Below the pieces are notes generated by a model. The model was not told where the DNA came from and searched no databases. It saw nothing but the letters and a program-made list of their open reading frames with translations. Both the position numbers and the translations under genes were made by a program. From Promethearchaeota archaeon (GTDB lineage Archaea; Asgardarchaeota; Lokiarchaeia; Sigyniarchaeales; SOKP01), in contig JAUVNS010000003.1 of assembly GCA_030599585.1 (NCBI GenBank), forward strand, positions 128,001 to 192,000: a stretch of 64,000 bases of DNA. The letters run 5' to 3'. Below are positions 31,498 to 41,439 of this stretch, in pieces; position 1 is the first letter of the stretch, and every line of letters starts with the position of its first letter.

Positions 31498-32775
31498 ATG
31501 CCAGACGAACAGCGGGATCAAAAGGAAGAAGACTCATCGATGGTAGATGCGTTAAGTTCCCTTGGATGGATAGAAGAGAGGGAGGAAGAACATGAACCCC
31601 CCATTTCCGATGAAGAAGCGTTAAAAGAACAGCTAAATATCTTTAGAGAACAGAACAAACAACTAACTGAAGAAATAAATAATCTTAAGGAAGAAAATGA
31701 AAGCCTCAAAGCAGTAACAGGTTCTTTTCAACACGATAAGGAAAAAACCATTCAAATATCAAAAGAAAACAATGAGACAATAGAAAATTTACTGCAAACA
31801 GTTGTTCAAAAAGACGATCTAATAAAAGATCTCGAATCAAAAATCGACTTCTTAAATGAAACTCAAGTAAATGATTCAGAGAGTAGCTTATCAATTCAAA
31901 ATAAAGAAAAGGAAATCGAAGCGCTAAAATCTCAGTTAGAGGATAAAAATAATAACATTTTAGAATTCAAAACCTCCAACAAAGAGAAAGAACAGGTGAT
32001 CCAGGATCAAACTCTAGAGCTTGAGAGATTAAATAATATAGTTGCAGATCAAACACAAAAAATTCAAGCTGCATCATCTGACACAGAAAAACTAAGATCA
32101 GAACAACAGCAGAGTAAAGAAATAGCTGAGAAATTGGGCGAGAAAGAAAATAAGATAAAAGAATTACTGGAACAAATTCAATATTTAGAGAACGACACAA
32201 TTCAAAAATCAAAATTCGAGAAGCAACAGATATTGCTTGAAAAAAAAGATGAGATTATCACAGAAAAAGAGAAAGAACTTTTCGATTTTGAAAACACGCA
32301 ACAAGCTGCAAACAAAGCAATAAAGGACTTACGGCAGAAGTTAGAAACTTTTAGTCTCGTAAAAAAAGACGTGGAAAAAAAAGAAAAACGCATCAAAAAC
32401 TTGGTTTTAGACATTGAGAAATTAACTCAAAAAAATTTAACGAATGAAGATTTTATTAACCAAATTCAAGCTCGATTGGAAGAATCGCAAGAAAAATCTG
32501 GCAACATAACAGGAAAATTTGAATTAGAAATAATGAATTTAAGAAATGTCATTGACGAGCAAATAGCAGAAATCAAAGACATAAGAGAGAATGATAAAGC
32601 TCTGAAAAATAAACTAGAAGAGTCTGATCAAATTGAAGACCGAATTCTAACGGAAATGCAAAAAGTCAAGGATGAGAAACTCAAAGTTGAGTCTGCACTT
32701 GAAAACCAAGAGAAGGAACTAATCGAGTTAAAGAAAAAAATCAAAATTATGCGTAGAGATATTAATAAATCGTAA
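31498..32775 (+). CDS. Long coiled-coil protein
   Basis: Continuous E/K/Q/L heptads over about 380 aa after an acidic head. Confidence 0.8.
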   Translation: MPDEQRDQKEEDSSMVDALSSLGWIEEREEEHEPPISDEEALKEQLNIFREQNKQLTEEINNLKEENESLKAVTGSFQHDKEKTIQISKENNETIENLLQTVVQKDDLIKDLESKIDFLNETQVNDSESSLSIQNKEKEIEALKSQLEDKNNNILEFKTSNKEKEQVIQDQTLELERLNNIVADQTQKIQAASSDTEKLRSEQQQSKEIAEKLGEKENKIKELLEQIQYLENDTIQKSKFEKQQILLEKKDEIITEKEKELFDFENTQQAANKAIKDLRQKLETFSLVKKDVEKKEKRIKNLVLDIEKLTQKNLTNEDFINQIQARLEESQEKSGNITGKFELEIMNLRNVIDEQIAEIKDIRENDKALKNKLEESDQIEDRILTEMQKVKDEKLKVESALENQEKELIELKKKIKIMRRDINKS

Positions 32776-32841
32776 TAATCTTTAGTTTTAGCTTTATTTT
32801 AAAAAAAGATAAAAAATATTTGTTTAATTTTTATTTAGGAG

Positions 32842-33858
32842 TTATTTCTCCCTCCATTCGATACCACATTGCCCACACTTATATTTTTTTCCATAAATAC
32901 GTGGATAATCGAGGATTATGTTACTTTTATCAATACTCTCATGGATCATATGTTTGTCTTCTACGGCACATTTAGGACATCTTCTTCGGCCTTCAGGTTT
33001 ATCGACAGTTAAGAGTGAGTCGTCTTTAGAACCGGGAATTCCTGGACCTGCACTTGAGGCACTTGATTCCTTAAGTTGAGCAATATCTGCTTTTATTTCG
33101 TCCACAGCTGCCTCTCCAACCTCTGATTTAAATTCAGGTTGGATTTCCGCAGCTTTTCTATCTGCTTCAGTTTCAGGTTCTAATTCGGATTCAGCTCTTA
33201 ATTGAACTGCATCAGATTCCTTATAATCTTTGCCACGTTCTAATGCTGTTAAGAATTCAGCGTCGTCTCCCTCTTCGAAAATTTTCTCGTTTTGAGACCC
33301 TGCTCTCTCTGCGTCAATATTACGCGCCCATTGACCGGCTTTGACTTTCTCTTTAACATTACACGTTTTTCCTTGCCATATATATACTTTATTGCCTAAA
33401 TCAGCAACATAGCAATCTTCAGAGTCTAACGAGTCTTTGGAAAAAGGTACTTGAACCATTTTCATGGAATTAATACCATCAAATTCTTCGGCTGAAACGC
33501 GGTAAAGAATATTGCTCCATTCTTCAAATCCCGCCCAATCTCCTGTAGATACATCTTTTAACAGTGTCTTTGCGTAATTCTTTTCCACAACCTTCATCGC
33601 ACCCATCGAACTAATAACTTTCATGAAACCAGGGGTTTCTTGGTTTTCATCAACCGTAATTATTTTAGCTGCCCCTCCTCTTTGCTGGTCTAAAGTTCGG
33701 GCTTGAGCAGCTCCCGCTGTCTTTTCATCTACGCTACATTTACTCCCAATCCATACAAATATTGTGTTGCCATCATCAACAACGTAAACGTCTCCCATAG
33801 AAAATATAGGTTTTGAAATCTCTTTCAGGTTACCTTGATCAACTAAAAATAGTTTCAT
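32842..33858 (-). CDS. Two-domain gelsolin (2DGel-type) with a C-terminal Zn-ribbon
   Basis: GDVYVVDDGNTIFVWIGSKCSVDEK...DENQETPGF and DSEDCYVADLGNKVYIWQGKTCNVKEK...EEGDDAEF; tail CPKC...CGQCG. Confidence 0.9.
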   Translation of the reverse strand: MKLFLVDQGNLKEISKPIFSMGDVYVVDDGNTIFVWIGSKCSVDEKTAGAAQARTLDQQRGGAAKIITVDENQETPGFMKVISSMGAMKVVEKNYAKTLLKDVSTGDWAGFEEWSNILYRVSAEEFDGINSMKMVQVPFSKDSLDSEDCYVADLGNKVYIWQGKTCNVKEKVKAGQWARNIDAERAGSQNEKIFEEGDDAEFLTALERGKDYKESDAVQLRAESELEPETEADRKAAEIQPEFKSEVGEAAVDEIKADIAQLKESSASSAGPGIPGSKDDSLLTVDKPEGRRRCPKCAVEDKHMIHESIDKSNIILDYPRIYGKKYKCGQCGIEWREK

Positions 33859-33990
33859 TTGAAATTTTCCTCAAATAGATTTGTTTTAAAAATTTATATA
33901 TTAAAAATATTATAAAAATTAGTCTTTTTAATTTCATGCAAAAACAAATATAAGAAAATGTGGTAATTTATAGGAAATAGAAGAATTAAA

Positions 33991-35370
33991 TTAAAAATCT
34001 CTTAATGCTTGATCAATTCTCCTTACGAACTCTGGAATCTTTCTTATGTCGATCGAGCAATAAGCGATTCTAATTCCATTAATGTTATCGTGTTGTTTTT
34101 CAATAGGAATTACGCCTACTTTATATTTTTTTAATAGGTGATCCGCAAAGTCATTCGCTTTGATTACTTTTGGGTTTAAGTTAACAAATATAAAGAAACC
34201 TCCGGCGTTTGGATCCACCGATATGTTTTTATTTTTTATTTTCCTAAACTCAGCGTTGATTTTCTCATACCTTTCTTTAAGTAGATGGATAACTTTTTCT
34301 CGTTTTTGGATCAAGCCATCCATTCCGATGTCGTCAAAGAGCTTAAGGATTAAACTCTGGTAAAAATGATTAGCGTTTGAGATCGTAGTCCTAAGTAAGC
34401 CAGAAAGTTTATTGTCAAGTTCAGCTTTCAGAGTTGTTAATTCTTGCGAGTTTTTAACCCAGTGAGGTTTTATTCCAATTGTAATGAATCCAATACGCCC
34501 CCCATAAAGTAATAGCTCCTTAGTAATTCCATCTAACTTAATTGGAATTATGTCCTCCTCTAGTTCGTGCAATGCGTAGAAAATCGAGCGATTAATAACA
34601 TCCTTAGAAAAAATATAGGGTTCGTACGCGTCGTCTACTAAAATTATGATTGGTTTAGAAATAGTTTTTTGGGCTTCTTTTAAAGTATTTAGAATCTCTT
34701 CCAATTCTTCCTGATTTGGGATATAACCTGTAGGATTATTAGGAAATCCCAGAATAAGAATAATTTTTTCTTGCACTTTTGATATTTCGTAAATAGCGTT
34801 TTTCATTCCATTAACATTGAAATTTTTATCTGAAAAAAAATCAAACGATTTAATTTTGCCCCCGATTAATTTCTCAACGATGTTATCGTAATTTCCCCAT
34901 CTCTTATTAGGCGATATTATAAAATCTCCCGGATCTAGAAGGAGCGAACAGCACAAGAATATCCCATTTGTTACTCCCGCTGTCACGATTGGTGTAGTAG
35001 TGAAGTTTTCAAGTCTATTTAGCTTCTCTTGTTCAGAATCTGTTTTATAACATGATTTTTTAAGTATCCAATTTTTCCATAAGTTCTTTAAATCCACCAG
35101 GCCAGAAATCTTAGAATACGTTACAACATCGTTCACATTAAACTTGGTGTAGTTTTTTATATCTTCGAGATACAATGGAACCCATTCGGGAGAGCCTCCC
35201 TCAATAAAATCTTCCTCGAAACCAAAAGCAGATCCGAGAGTGCCCATAATTTCTGCTTCTTTTTTTGCTCTTCCAGACCAATGAAAAACGCCCTGGGGCA
35301 AATAAATGCGTTTTCCTAGCTCTGATAAGGCATTATAGAGAGGGATTTTTTTTATAATTTCAAACTCCAT
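33991..35370 (-). CDS. Class I/II PLP-dependent aminotransferase
   Basis: FPNNPTGY, DDAY, DGITKE...GGRIGF and GIRIAY. Confidence 0.87.
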   Translation of the reverse strand: MEFEIIKKIPLYNALSELGKRIYLPQGVFHWSGRAKKEAEIMGTLGSAFGFEEDFIEGGSPEWVPLYLEDIKNYTKFNVNDVVTYSKISGLVDLKNLWKNWILKKSCYKTDSEQEKLNRLENFTTTPIVTAGVTNGIFLCCSLLLDPGDFIISPNKRWGNYDNIVEKLIGGKIKSFDFFSDKNFNVNGMKNAIYEISKVQEKIILILGFPNNPTGYIPNQEELEEILNTLKEAQKTISKPIIILVDDAYEPYIFSKDVINRSIFYALHELEEDIIPIKLDGITKELLLYGGRIGFITIGIKPHWVKNSQELTTLKAELDNKLSGLLRTTISNANHFYQSLILKLFDDIGMDGLIQKREKVIHLLKERYEKINAEFRKIKNKNISVDPNAGGFFIFVNLNPKVIKANDFADHLLKKYKVGVIPIEKQHDNINGIRIAYCSIDIRKIPEFVRRIDQALRDF

Positions 35371-35563
35371 GTTGTTTGATGTAATTATTTCTCCAATAAA
35401 AGTTTTTAAGCTGAATGCTATATGTTTTTATTAACCATTTAAGAATTTGGAGTATTGTGAATAATAATCTTAAAGAACGACCTAAATAGTGAATTTAAAT
35501 AGAACTGAAGATATATAATCTAATAATAAATAATCAAAATAATATGAGAAGTCGCGTCTAAAA

Positions 35564-36148
35564 ATGTCTGATAAAGAAAATTCTGAACAGAATAAAGTTA
35601 AAGAAAATATCGTAGTCAAAGGTTGGAACGAATTTGTTTCAAACATAACAGAGGGATACAATAATTTCCAAAAAAGTATTGAAGAAAGCACTAAGAAAAA
35701 TACAGAATTGTGGAATCAGAACCAAGAAAAGATTAGTAAATTTTTTGAAGGTGCTAAGGAAAATTGGGATGCCACTATGAAAGAATGGGGAAGCGAAATA
35801 GCAAAGACACATAAAGAAAATGTAGATTCGTGGGATGTTAATCTTAACAAAGCTAAAGAATTTTTTGAAAATAATCAACTATCTTGGGAAAATAAGCTAA
35901 AAGAATGGAGTGCTGACTTTGAAAAAAGACAAACTGAGACTAAGGAACAATGGGAAGCAAGAAAGAAGAAGATTGGTGAAGATATAAAGAATTGGCAAGA
36001 TGATACGAAAAGGGATTGGGAAAAAGGATTGAAATCTTTTAGGCGCGAAATGATAAAGGGTTCTTATATGTTTTTAGTTTTTATGATTCCAATCTTAGTT
36101 GTGGTTTTTGTTATTGTTGCGTTAATTACTCGATTATTAGATTATTAA
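35564..36148 (+). CDS. Trp-repeat amphipathic helical, tail-anchored protein
   Basis: Internal repeats of about 40 aa (W....KxxxFFExxxxxWxxxxKEW) and a C-terminal TM. Confidence 0.75.
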   Translation: MSDKENSEQNKVKENIVVKGWNEFVSNITEGYNNFQKSIEESTKKNTELWNQNQEKISKFFEGAKENWDATMKEWGSEIAKTHKENVDSWDVNLNKAKEFFENNQLSWENKLKEWSADFEKRQTETKEQWEARKKKIGEDIKNWQDDTKRDWEKGLKSFRREMIKGSYMFLVFMIPILVVVFVIVALITRLLDY

Positions 36149-36174
36149 TCTCTCAGTTAAAGCTTGTTTAAAAC

Positions 36175-36834
36175 ATGTTAGAGATATTTATCGTTTCCTT
36201 TCTTGTTGCTCTTACTGGAGCGTTATCTCCAGGGCCACTTTTGACATTTACAATTTATAAATCACTAAAACAAAAGAGAGGGTATTTGGCAGCAATTTAC
36301 ATTCTTTTAGGACACGCTACAATCGAGTTTACTTTAATAATAGCTTTACTTGCTGGAGCTTCCTTGATTTTTCAAAATATTATCTTCCTAACTTTAGTTG
36401 GATTTATAGGAGGAATGTTCTTGGTTATCTATGGAGTATTTGCAATAAGGGGAGTTTTAAAAACTGATTTTGAAACCAATTTCACACTCGAAGAGAATAT
36501 AGTAAAAGGATATAAAGGGAATAGTTATGTAGGCGGGATTTTAGTTAGTTTGTCGAACCCTTTTTGGACGTTTTGGTGGGCCGTCATAGGGCTCTCGTTG
36601 ATGGTGAGTTTTGATATCACGCTTTTAATGCCTATAGAGATGCTATTATTCTTTATAGGACATGAGTTAGGAGATATTGTCTGGTATTTACCTCTTTCTA
36701 TATTCGTGTACTACGGTGGAAAATCCTTAAATCCAAAAATATACAAATATGTACTGATAGTTTGTGGTGTTTTTATGATTGTTTTGGGCATTTTCCTTAC
36801 TTTTAACATAGTTTTCAACCCGCCTACAATTTGA
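36175..36834 (+). CDS. LysE family transporter
   Basis: GALSPGPL, GH...E and SNPFW..WW. Confidence 0.87.
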   Translation: MLEIFIVSFLVALTGALSPGPLLTFTIYKSLKQKRGYLAAIYILLGHATIEFTLIIALLAGASLIFQNIIFLTLVGFIGGMFLVIYGVFAIRGVLKTDFETNFTLEENIVKGYKGNSYVGGILVSLSNPFWTFWWAVIGLSLMVSFDITLLMPIEMLLFFIGHELGDIVWYLPLSIFVYYGGKSLNPKIYKYVLIVCGVFMIVLGIFLTFNIVFNPPTI

Positions 36835-37068
36835 AAACCGTAGTTTTTCAAATTCAAATTTAACAACCAAAAATATCCTAGTATCACATATATATAATAA
36901 TTCTCTAGAATCTTCTTACTCATAGAATATTAGATTTCGAGATTTCTTGGAAATAAAAAGTAAGAGCTCAGATAAATAAAGAATTTCCAAATTTAAAAAA
37001 GCTGCTTTACTTACCATAGCTTTTTGATGATTAATATTTAAATTATAAGAGTAACCACCAGATAAATT

Positions 37069-37935
37069 ATGAGCGATAAAGAAATGATCAACTGTCCTGT
37101 GTGTAAGATGAAATTTATCCCTAGAACATTTTACCCAGATGAAGCTATATTTTCTACTCACGATAGAAAAAAACTATCAGGATTTAATGGATACATTAGT
37201 TCGAGGACAGTAAAACCTCCAGAAGTGATCGTAAGCTCTTGGGTAACTTACTGCCCTTCATGTAATTACATACTACGCTTTGTCAAAGAAATTGTAAGAA
37301 AAGAAAAAATCGTTACTCATAACTCGAGTCCATCGGATCTTAACGAAAAATATAATAGCTACTACTATGGATTTCCATACGGAGACTATTCCCAACACTT
37401 AAGGGAAATTATCACTAAAGTAAAAGACAAAATAGAGGTCGAATTTCAAGATTTGAATTTTAGCATATGGGAAGACCTATACGCAATTGACGATAATTTT
37501 AAGTTCCTCGTGCGGTTTTTTGCTAGTTTAGAAAATTATTGCGACGGTAAATTGGGAATGGGAAACGACAAAAACATGGCCAATAAAATAAAGAAGTTAA
37601 ATTTACCGAAAGATATAGAGATACCCATGCTACAGCTTAACAATATCAAAGATGGTATTGTGAAGGGAGATTATGAATTATCGAGTGATGATGAAGATAA
37701 TATTGATAACATTTTAGTACTATTTGTTTTACATCTCATTAAAAAACATATCCAACCACTTATCGATAAAGGTCAATTGGAAAAGGGATATAAATTCATA
37801 AAATTTGAAGATTTTGAACATCAAATCAAATCTTACTTAGGTAACTACCTCTATACCAATTTCAATAACGACCCTACCTCAACTAAACAAATTCGCATGT
37901 TTTTGAGCGATCTTTATAAGGAAGCTATTGCTTAA
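37069..37935 (+). CDS. Hypothetical protein with an N-terminal Zn-binding motif
   Basis: CPVC ... CPSC followed by a helical C-terminal region. Confidence 0.7.
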   Translation: MSDKEMINCPVCKMKFIPRTFYPDEAIFSTHDRKKLSGFNGYISSRTVKPPEVIVSSWVTYCPSCNYILRFVKEIVRKEKIVTHNSSPSDLNEKYNSYYYGFPYGDYSQHLREIITKVKDKIEVEFQDLNFSIWEDLYAIDDNFKFLVRFFASLENYCDGKLGMGNDKNMANKIKKLNLPKDIEIPMLQLNNIKDGIVKGDYELSSDDEDNIDNILVLFVLHLIKKHIQPLIDKGQLEKGYKFIKFEDFEHQIKSYLGNYLYTNFNNDPTSTKQIRMFLSDLYKEAIA

Positions 37936-38064
37936 TCTTATTCAATTCCCGAAACACTCTTTAATTTTATATGTTGATTCAGATATGTCAGTTCGATGTC
38001 AAGGAGTATCTGGTTTTATCAAACTCGAAGAAAACTAGAGTTAAAACTAAGAATCGAATCTAAA

Positions 38065-40092
38065 TTATTCAGTTTCGAAAAGTCCGATATTAGGATCTAA
38101 AAAAGTGTTTTGACACATGGGACAAGAATTGTACTTAAAAAGCCAGTCTGCTACGCACAAATAATGATAAGTCGAGCTGCAAAAAGGGCACGTAATTAGT
38201 TTATCTTTTACGAAATTTATATTTTTATGACAAACCGTACACTGAACGTTAGATGTTGAGACCCCTTGCCTTATTTTAACTTTATTAGTTAAAATTTCTT
38301 CTAACTTCGAACGCTCGAGTTCATATAGCCCTAAACTTGAAGTAATTTGATTTATTTTTGAGGTAATCTCAGTTATTCTTTCTTTCAGTTCATCTTCTGA
38401 TAATCTGTCAGCTAAAAAGGATGATAACGCAAAGTTAAAGGGTAATCCTTCGAAATTTTCAGTCTGCTTAGTTATTTCTGTTATTTCTGCAAATAAAATA
38501 GATTCTGTATCTATCAGGTCCTTGAAGCTTTTAAAAATTTTATTCATTAAGACAGTCAATAAAAAGGAAAGCTGGTTTTTCTTGCGATTAAAGTTATTTT
38601 CCCAATGTTTTATCGTGGCATAAATATCAACGTTATTCTCTTTATACGCATCTAACTTGTTGTACACTTCAGTTTTGATTTCGTCTATTTTTAATTTATA
38701 ATTATTTAGAAGGTCTCTAATTTGTTTTAGTTGCGGTAATTCTTCTTTAATTATCAAGGAAGTCTCATTTTCGTAAGAGGTGATCATTTTATTTACCTCA
38801 GCAATCTTGGTGTCAACGAAACTTCTTACATCTACCCGAAAACTCTCATCTTTAATGTTATTCAAATAATTTACATAATCTTCTTTACGCCGAAATACCT
38901 CAGAAACGATATTTGCTAGCGTTTTCTTCAGATTTACGGTAATGCTCGTATAGGGTTTTATAATCGTATCAAATTTCATTATCCAAGTGTCGATTTCGTC
39001 TATTTTTAATGCGAAATCATCAACTTTTTTGTAATTTAAATTAATTATTTTTACAAATTCCTCGGGATCGCTTATGTTATTTGTCCCCACTTGAAATTGT
39101 TTATCCAAACCCTTAAAGTATAAATCAACTATTTTAGGGAGAATTTCACTGAATTTCTGAGACAATAAACTCTCTAAATTTAATTTTCCAATTCCTTGAC
39201 CACTTAAATCGTATTTTTGATCTAATTCTTCGATTTCCTGTAAAATTTCTCCTAATATATCTTTAATTAACTCGAGAACAACTGGACGCATTTTTTTCTT
39301 TAAATTTTCAACCGTTTCTTTCCTTTCCAAGATGTTTACAAACTTGTCCCCTTCGTAATCTTCAAATATCCCATTATTATATAACAAATATATGAAATCG
39401 TCGTATATAGCAGTCTTATAGTCTGATTTACTTAAGAAAAAGCTATTTAACTCGTTAAAATGAAACGATAACAAAATTTCTTTACGGGATTTAATTCTTT
39501 TAACGGATTTGGCTTCGACTAAGCTCCGTAAATATGCTTCCAGTTCTTGTAGTTCATCCCATTTTCCTAAATTGCTCGGAATATCATTTAATTTGAAAGA
39601 CAAATCTTTAATTTTACTTGCCTCAATCCAACAGAGTGTATTGTTGTTGTAGAATTTCTCTACCTTTTGTAATTTTTTTTCCAGAAGAGGAGTAAATTCA
39701 TTAATGTTATTTAGTAATTCTTTGCTAATCTTTAAAAAATGATCTAGAACTTTGTTATTCTTTATGATTCGTTTAATGTTCCTCCCATTAGAATTTAAAC
39801 TCGTTAAATTACTTGAGACCAACTTCAACTCGCTTATAATTTCTAGTTTCAACGAGAAATATTCCTTATCTGAGCTGGGATATAAGTAAGATTCGCTAAA
39901 TTTCTTAATTTCGGTATAATACTCCGAATACGAATTAAAAACATCAATTTTAAACTCAGATTTAAGAAATTCATCTATGCTGTCCGAGTCTATTTGCTCA
40001 GATTTAATAGTTGTTAGTTTTTTTTTCACGTTTAAAATTTCGTCTTTACTGTATCTTTTTACCTCTCTGTAACCGTTATTAAACAACCGCAA
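38065..40092 (-). CDS. Coiled-coil/helical protein with a C-terminal C4HC3 RING-type finger (putative E3 ligase)
   Basis: CTVC-x13-CPFC-x4-H-x2-C-VADW-x6-CPMC. Confidence 0.8.
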   Translation of the reverse strand: MRLFNNGYREVKRYSKDEILNVKKKLTTIKSEQIDSDSIDEFLKSEFKIDVFNSYSEYYTEIKKFSESYLYPSSDKEYFSLKLEIISELKLVSSNLTSLNSNGRNIKRIIKNNKVLDHFLKISKELLNNINEFTPLLEKKLQKVEKFYNNNTLCWIEASKIKDLSFKLNDIPSNLGKWDELQELEAYLRSLVEAKSVKRIKSRKEILLSFHFNELNSFFLSKSDYKTAIYDDFIYLLYNNGIFEDYEGDKFVNILERKETVENLKKKMRPVVLELIKDILGEILQEIEELDQKYDLSGQGIGKLNLESLLSQKFSEILPKIVDLYFKGLDKQFQVGTNNISDPEEFVKIINLNYKKVDDFALKIDEIDTWIMKFDTIIKPYTSITVNLKKTLANIVSEVFRRKEDYVNYLNNIKDESFRVDVRSFVDTKIAEVNKMITSYENETSLIIKEELPQLKQIRDLLNNYKLKIDEIKTEVYNKLDAYKENNVDIYATIKHWENNFNRKKNQLSFLLTVLMNKIFKSFKDLIDTESILFAEITEITKQTENFEGLPFNFALSSFLADRLSEDELKERITEITSKINQITSSLGLYELERSKLEEILTNKVKIRQGVSTSNVQCTVCHKNINFVKDKLITCPFCSSTYHYLCVADWLFKYNSCPMCQNTFLDPNIGLFETE

Positions 40093-40195
40093 ACGAAATT
40101 CACCTTAATCAAATATTGAACAACGAATGCAAAAATATGCCATTGCATAAAATTTTTAGCAAAAATGAGTGTAAAAAGAATTCTTATATTAGGGT

Positions 40196-40813
40196 TTATT
40201 CTCCTAATTCCTTAATTTCTATGCGTTTTTCTTCGGAGCCATCTTTTGTTATGATGAGCAAATCAATTCCATTCCCAGACATAGCGTCTCTCTTTATTGA
40301 ATTTCTTATTGCCTTTTCAACAAGTTTTACTCCATCTTCAATAGACATATCTGGCTTGTAATCCGCTTCCAAAATACCCATTGAAAGTAACATTCCTGTT
40401 CCTGTAGCTCCAAATTCTTCAGGAATCAAAGAACCAAGCGCATCTAAGGTATAAACTTTAGGACCTTCCTTGTCTACTCCTGCGATTATTAAATTTGTGT
40501 ATAAGGGAGCCATCTTTCGAGAATATAACATGTTAGAAACCATTTTAGCAATGCTTTTTGTACTAATTTTATCGTTGGCTTCTAATTCATATAACGCAGC
40601 TTGAGCTTTCAATACTCTTGAAACAAATTGAAAATCTCCAATTAAACCATACGCAGCCATACCGATATTATCAGTAATCTTGAATAGCTTTTGAGTGGTT
40701 TTATTAGTAACTGTGTAACCCCATGTCGCTCTGCGATCGTTTCCTAACACTACACCGTCTTTACACTTAATTCCTACTGCTGTTGCTCCTGGAACGCTAA
40801 TTTGTTGAGACAT
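40196..40813 (-). CDS. psmB: 20S proteasome beta subunit, non-catalytic type
   Basis: PG-ATAVGIKCKDGVVLGNDRRAT...QKL, GLIGD and RDAMSG; Thr1 replaced by Ala. Confidence 0.93.
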   Translation of the reverse strand: MSQQISVPGATAVGIKCKDGVVLGNDRRATWGYTVTNKTTQKLFKITDNIGMAAYGLIGDFQFVSRVLKAQAALYELEANDKISTKSIAKMVSNMLYSRKMAPLYTNLIIAGVDKEGPKVYTLDALGSLIPEEFGATGTGMLLSMGILEADYKPDMSIEDGVKLVEKAIRNSIKRDAMSGNGIDLLIITKDGSEEKRIEIKELGE

Positions 40814-41025
40814 ATTTTTACCTTTTTCTAAAATATAAGTTTAAGATACAATTAATTGTTCTTTCTTATAACTATAGAAAAACTCAGAATTAATTAAAAT
40901 TTTCGTTTTAAATTATAACATTTTATTGAAATTTACTAAAATTAAAGGGTTATTATCCTTGAAAACAATTTATTGAATTTTCATATTAGATTTAATCTTG
41001 GAATTTATCATTTGGAACTTATTTT

Positions 41026-41243
41026 TACTAATTAGGTCGATTATGACTTAATTAGTATGATCATTGAAAATTTACCATAACATTCATTGAGGATGATGGG
41101 ATTCAATTCAAAATTTTTTAGTAACTCATTCAAGGATAATAAAACCAAAATAAAACGTTAATGAGTCGATTTTGATATTTGAATTATTTTGTTTCTAAAA
41201 AAGTTAATTCAAATTTTTCGACTGATCAACCATCGAATGATCA
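41026..41243. other. Intergenic nested inverted repeats (candidate structured RNA or DNA element)
   Basis: 13-bp hairpin at 41026-57; TGATCATT/AATGATCA, GATGG/CCATC, ACTCATT/AATGAGT and ATTTGAATTA/TAATTCAAAT pairings. Confidence 0.4.
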
Positions 41244-41439
41244 CACAATCTAACAGTTATATTGAAACCAAGTTTTTTTGTCGTGATTTTTTATCCACTA
41301 AATTCTTGAAGTTCTTCTCATATTGCCAAAAGATTTAAATAACTCTTCGGATATATTACTATCTAAGAAACTTTAATTATAAACTTAAAAAAAATTAAAA
41401 ATTTAAAAGTTAAAAATTTCAATAGTGGAGGAATAAAAA

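Noticed and set aside
31498-32775. SMC/Rad50 or myosin/tropomyosin assignment for the coiled-coil protein
   Set aside because: No Walker motifs, hinge or motor domain; any such similarity would be compositional
37960-38060. Possible C/D-box sRNA between convergent genes (CTGA motifs on the minus strand, short CAGATA/TATCTG stem)
   Set aside because: No convincing box C, poor spacing and no target identified
41026-41243. RNase P RNA or SRP RNA as the identity of the structured intergenic region
   Set aside because: I could not find the RNase P GAGGAAAGUCC-type or SRP helix-8 conserved sequences on either strand
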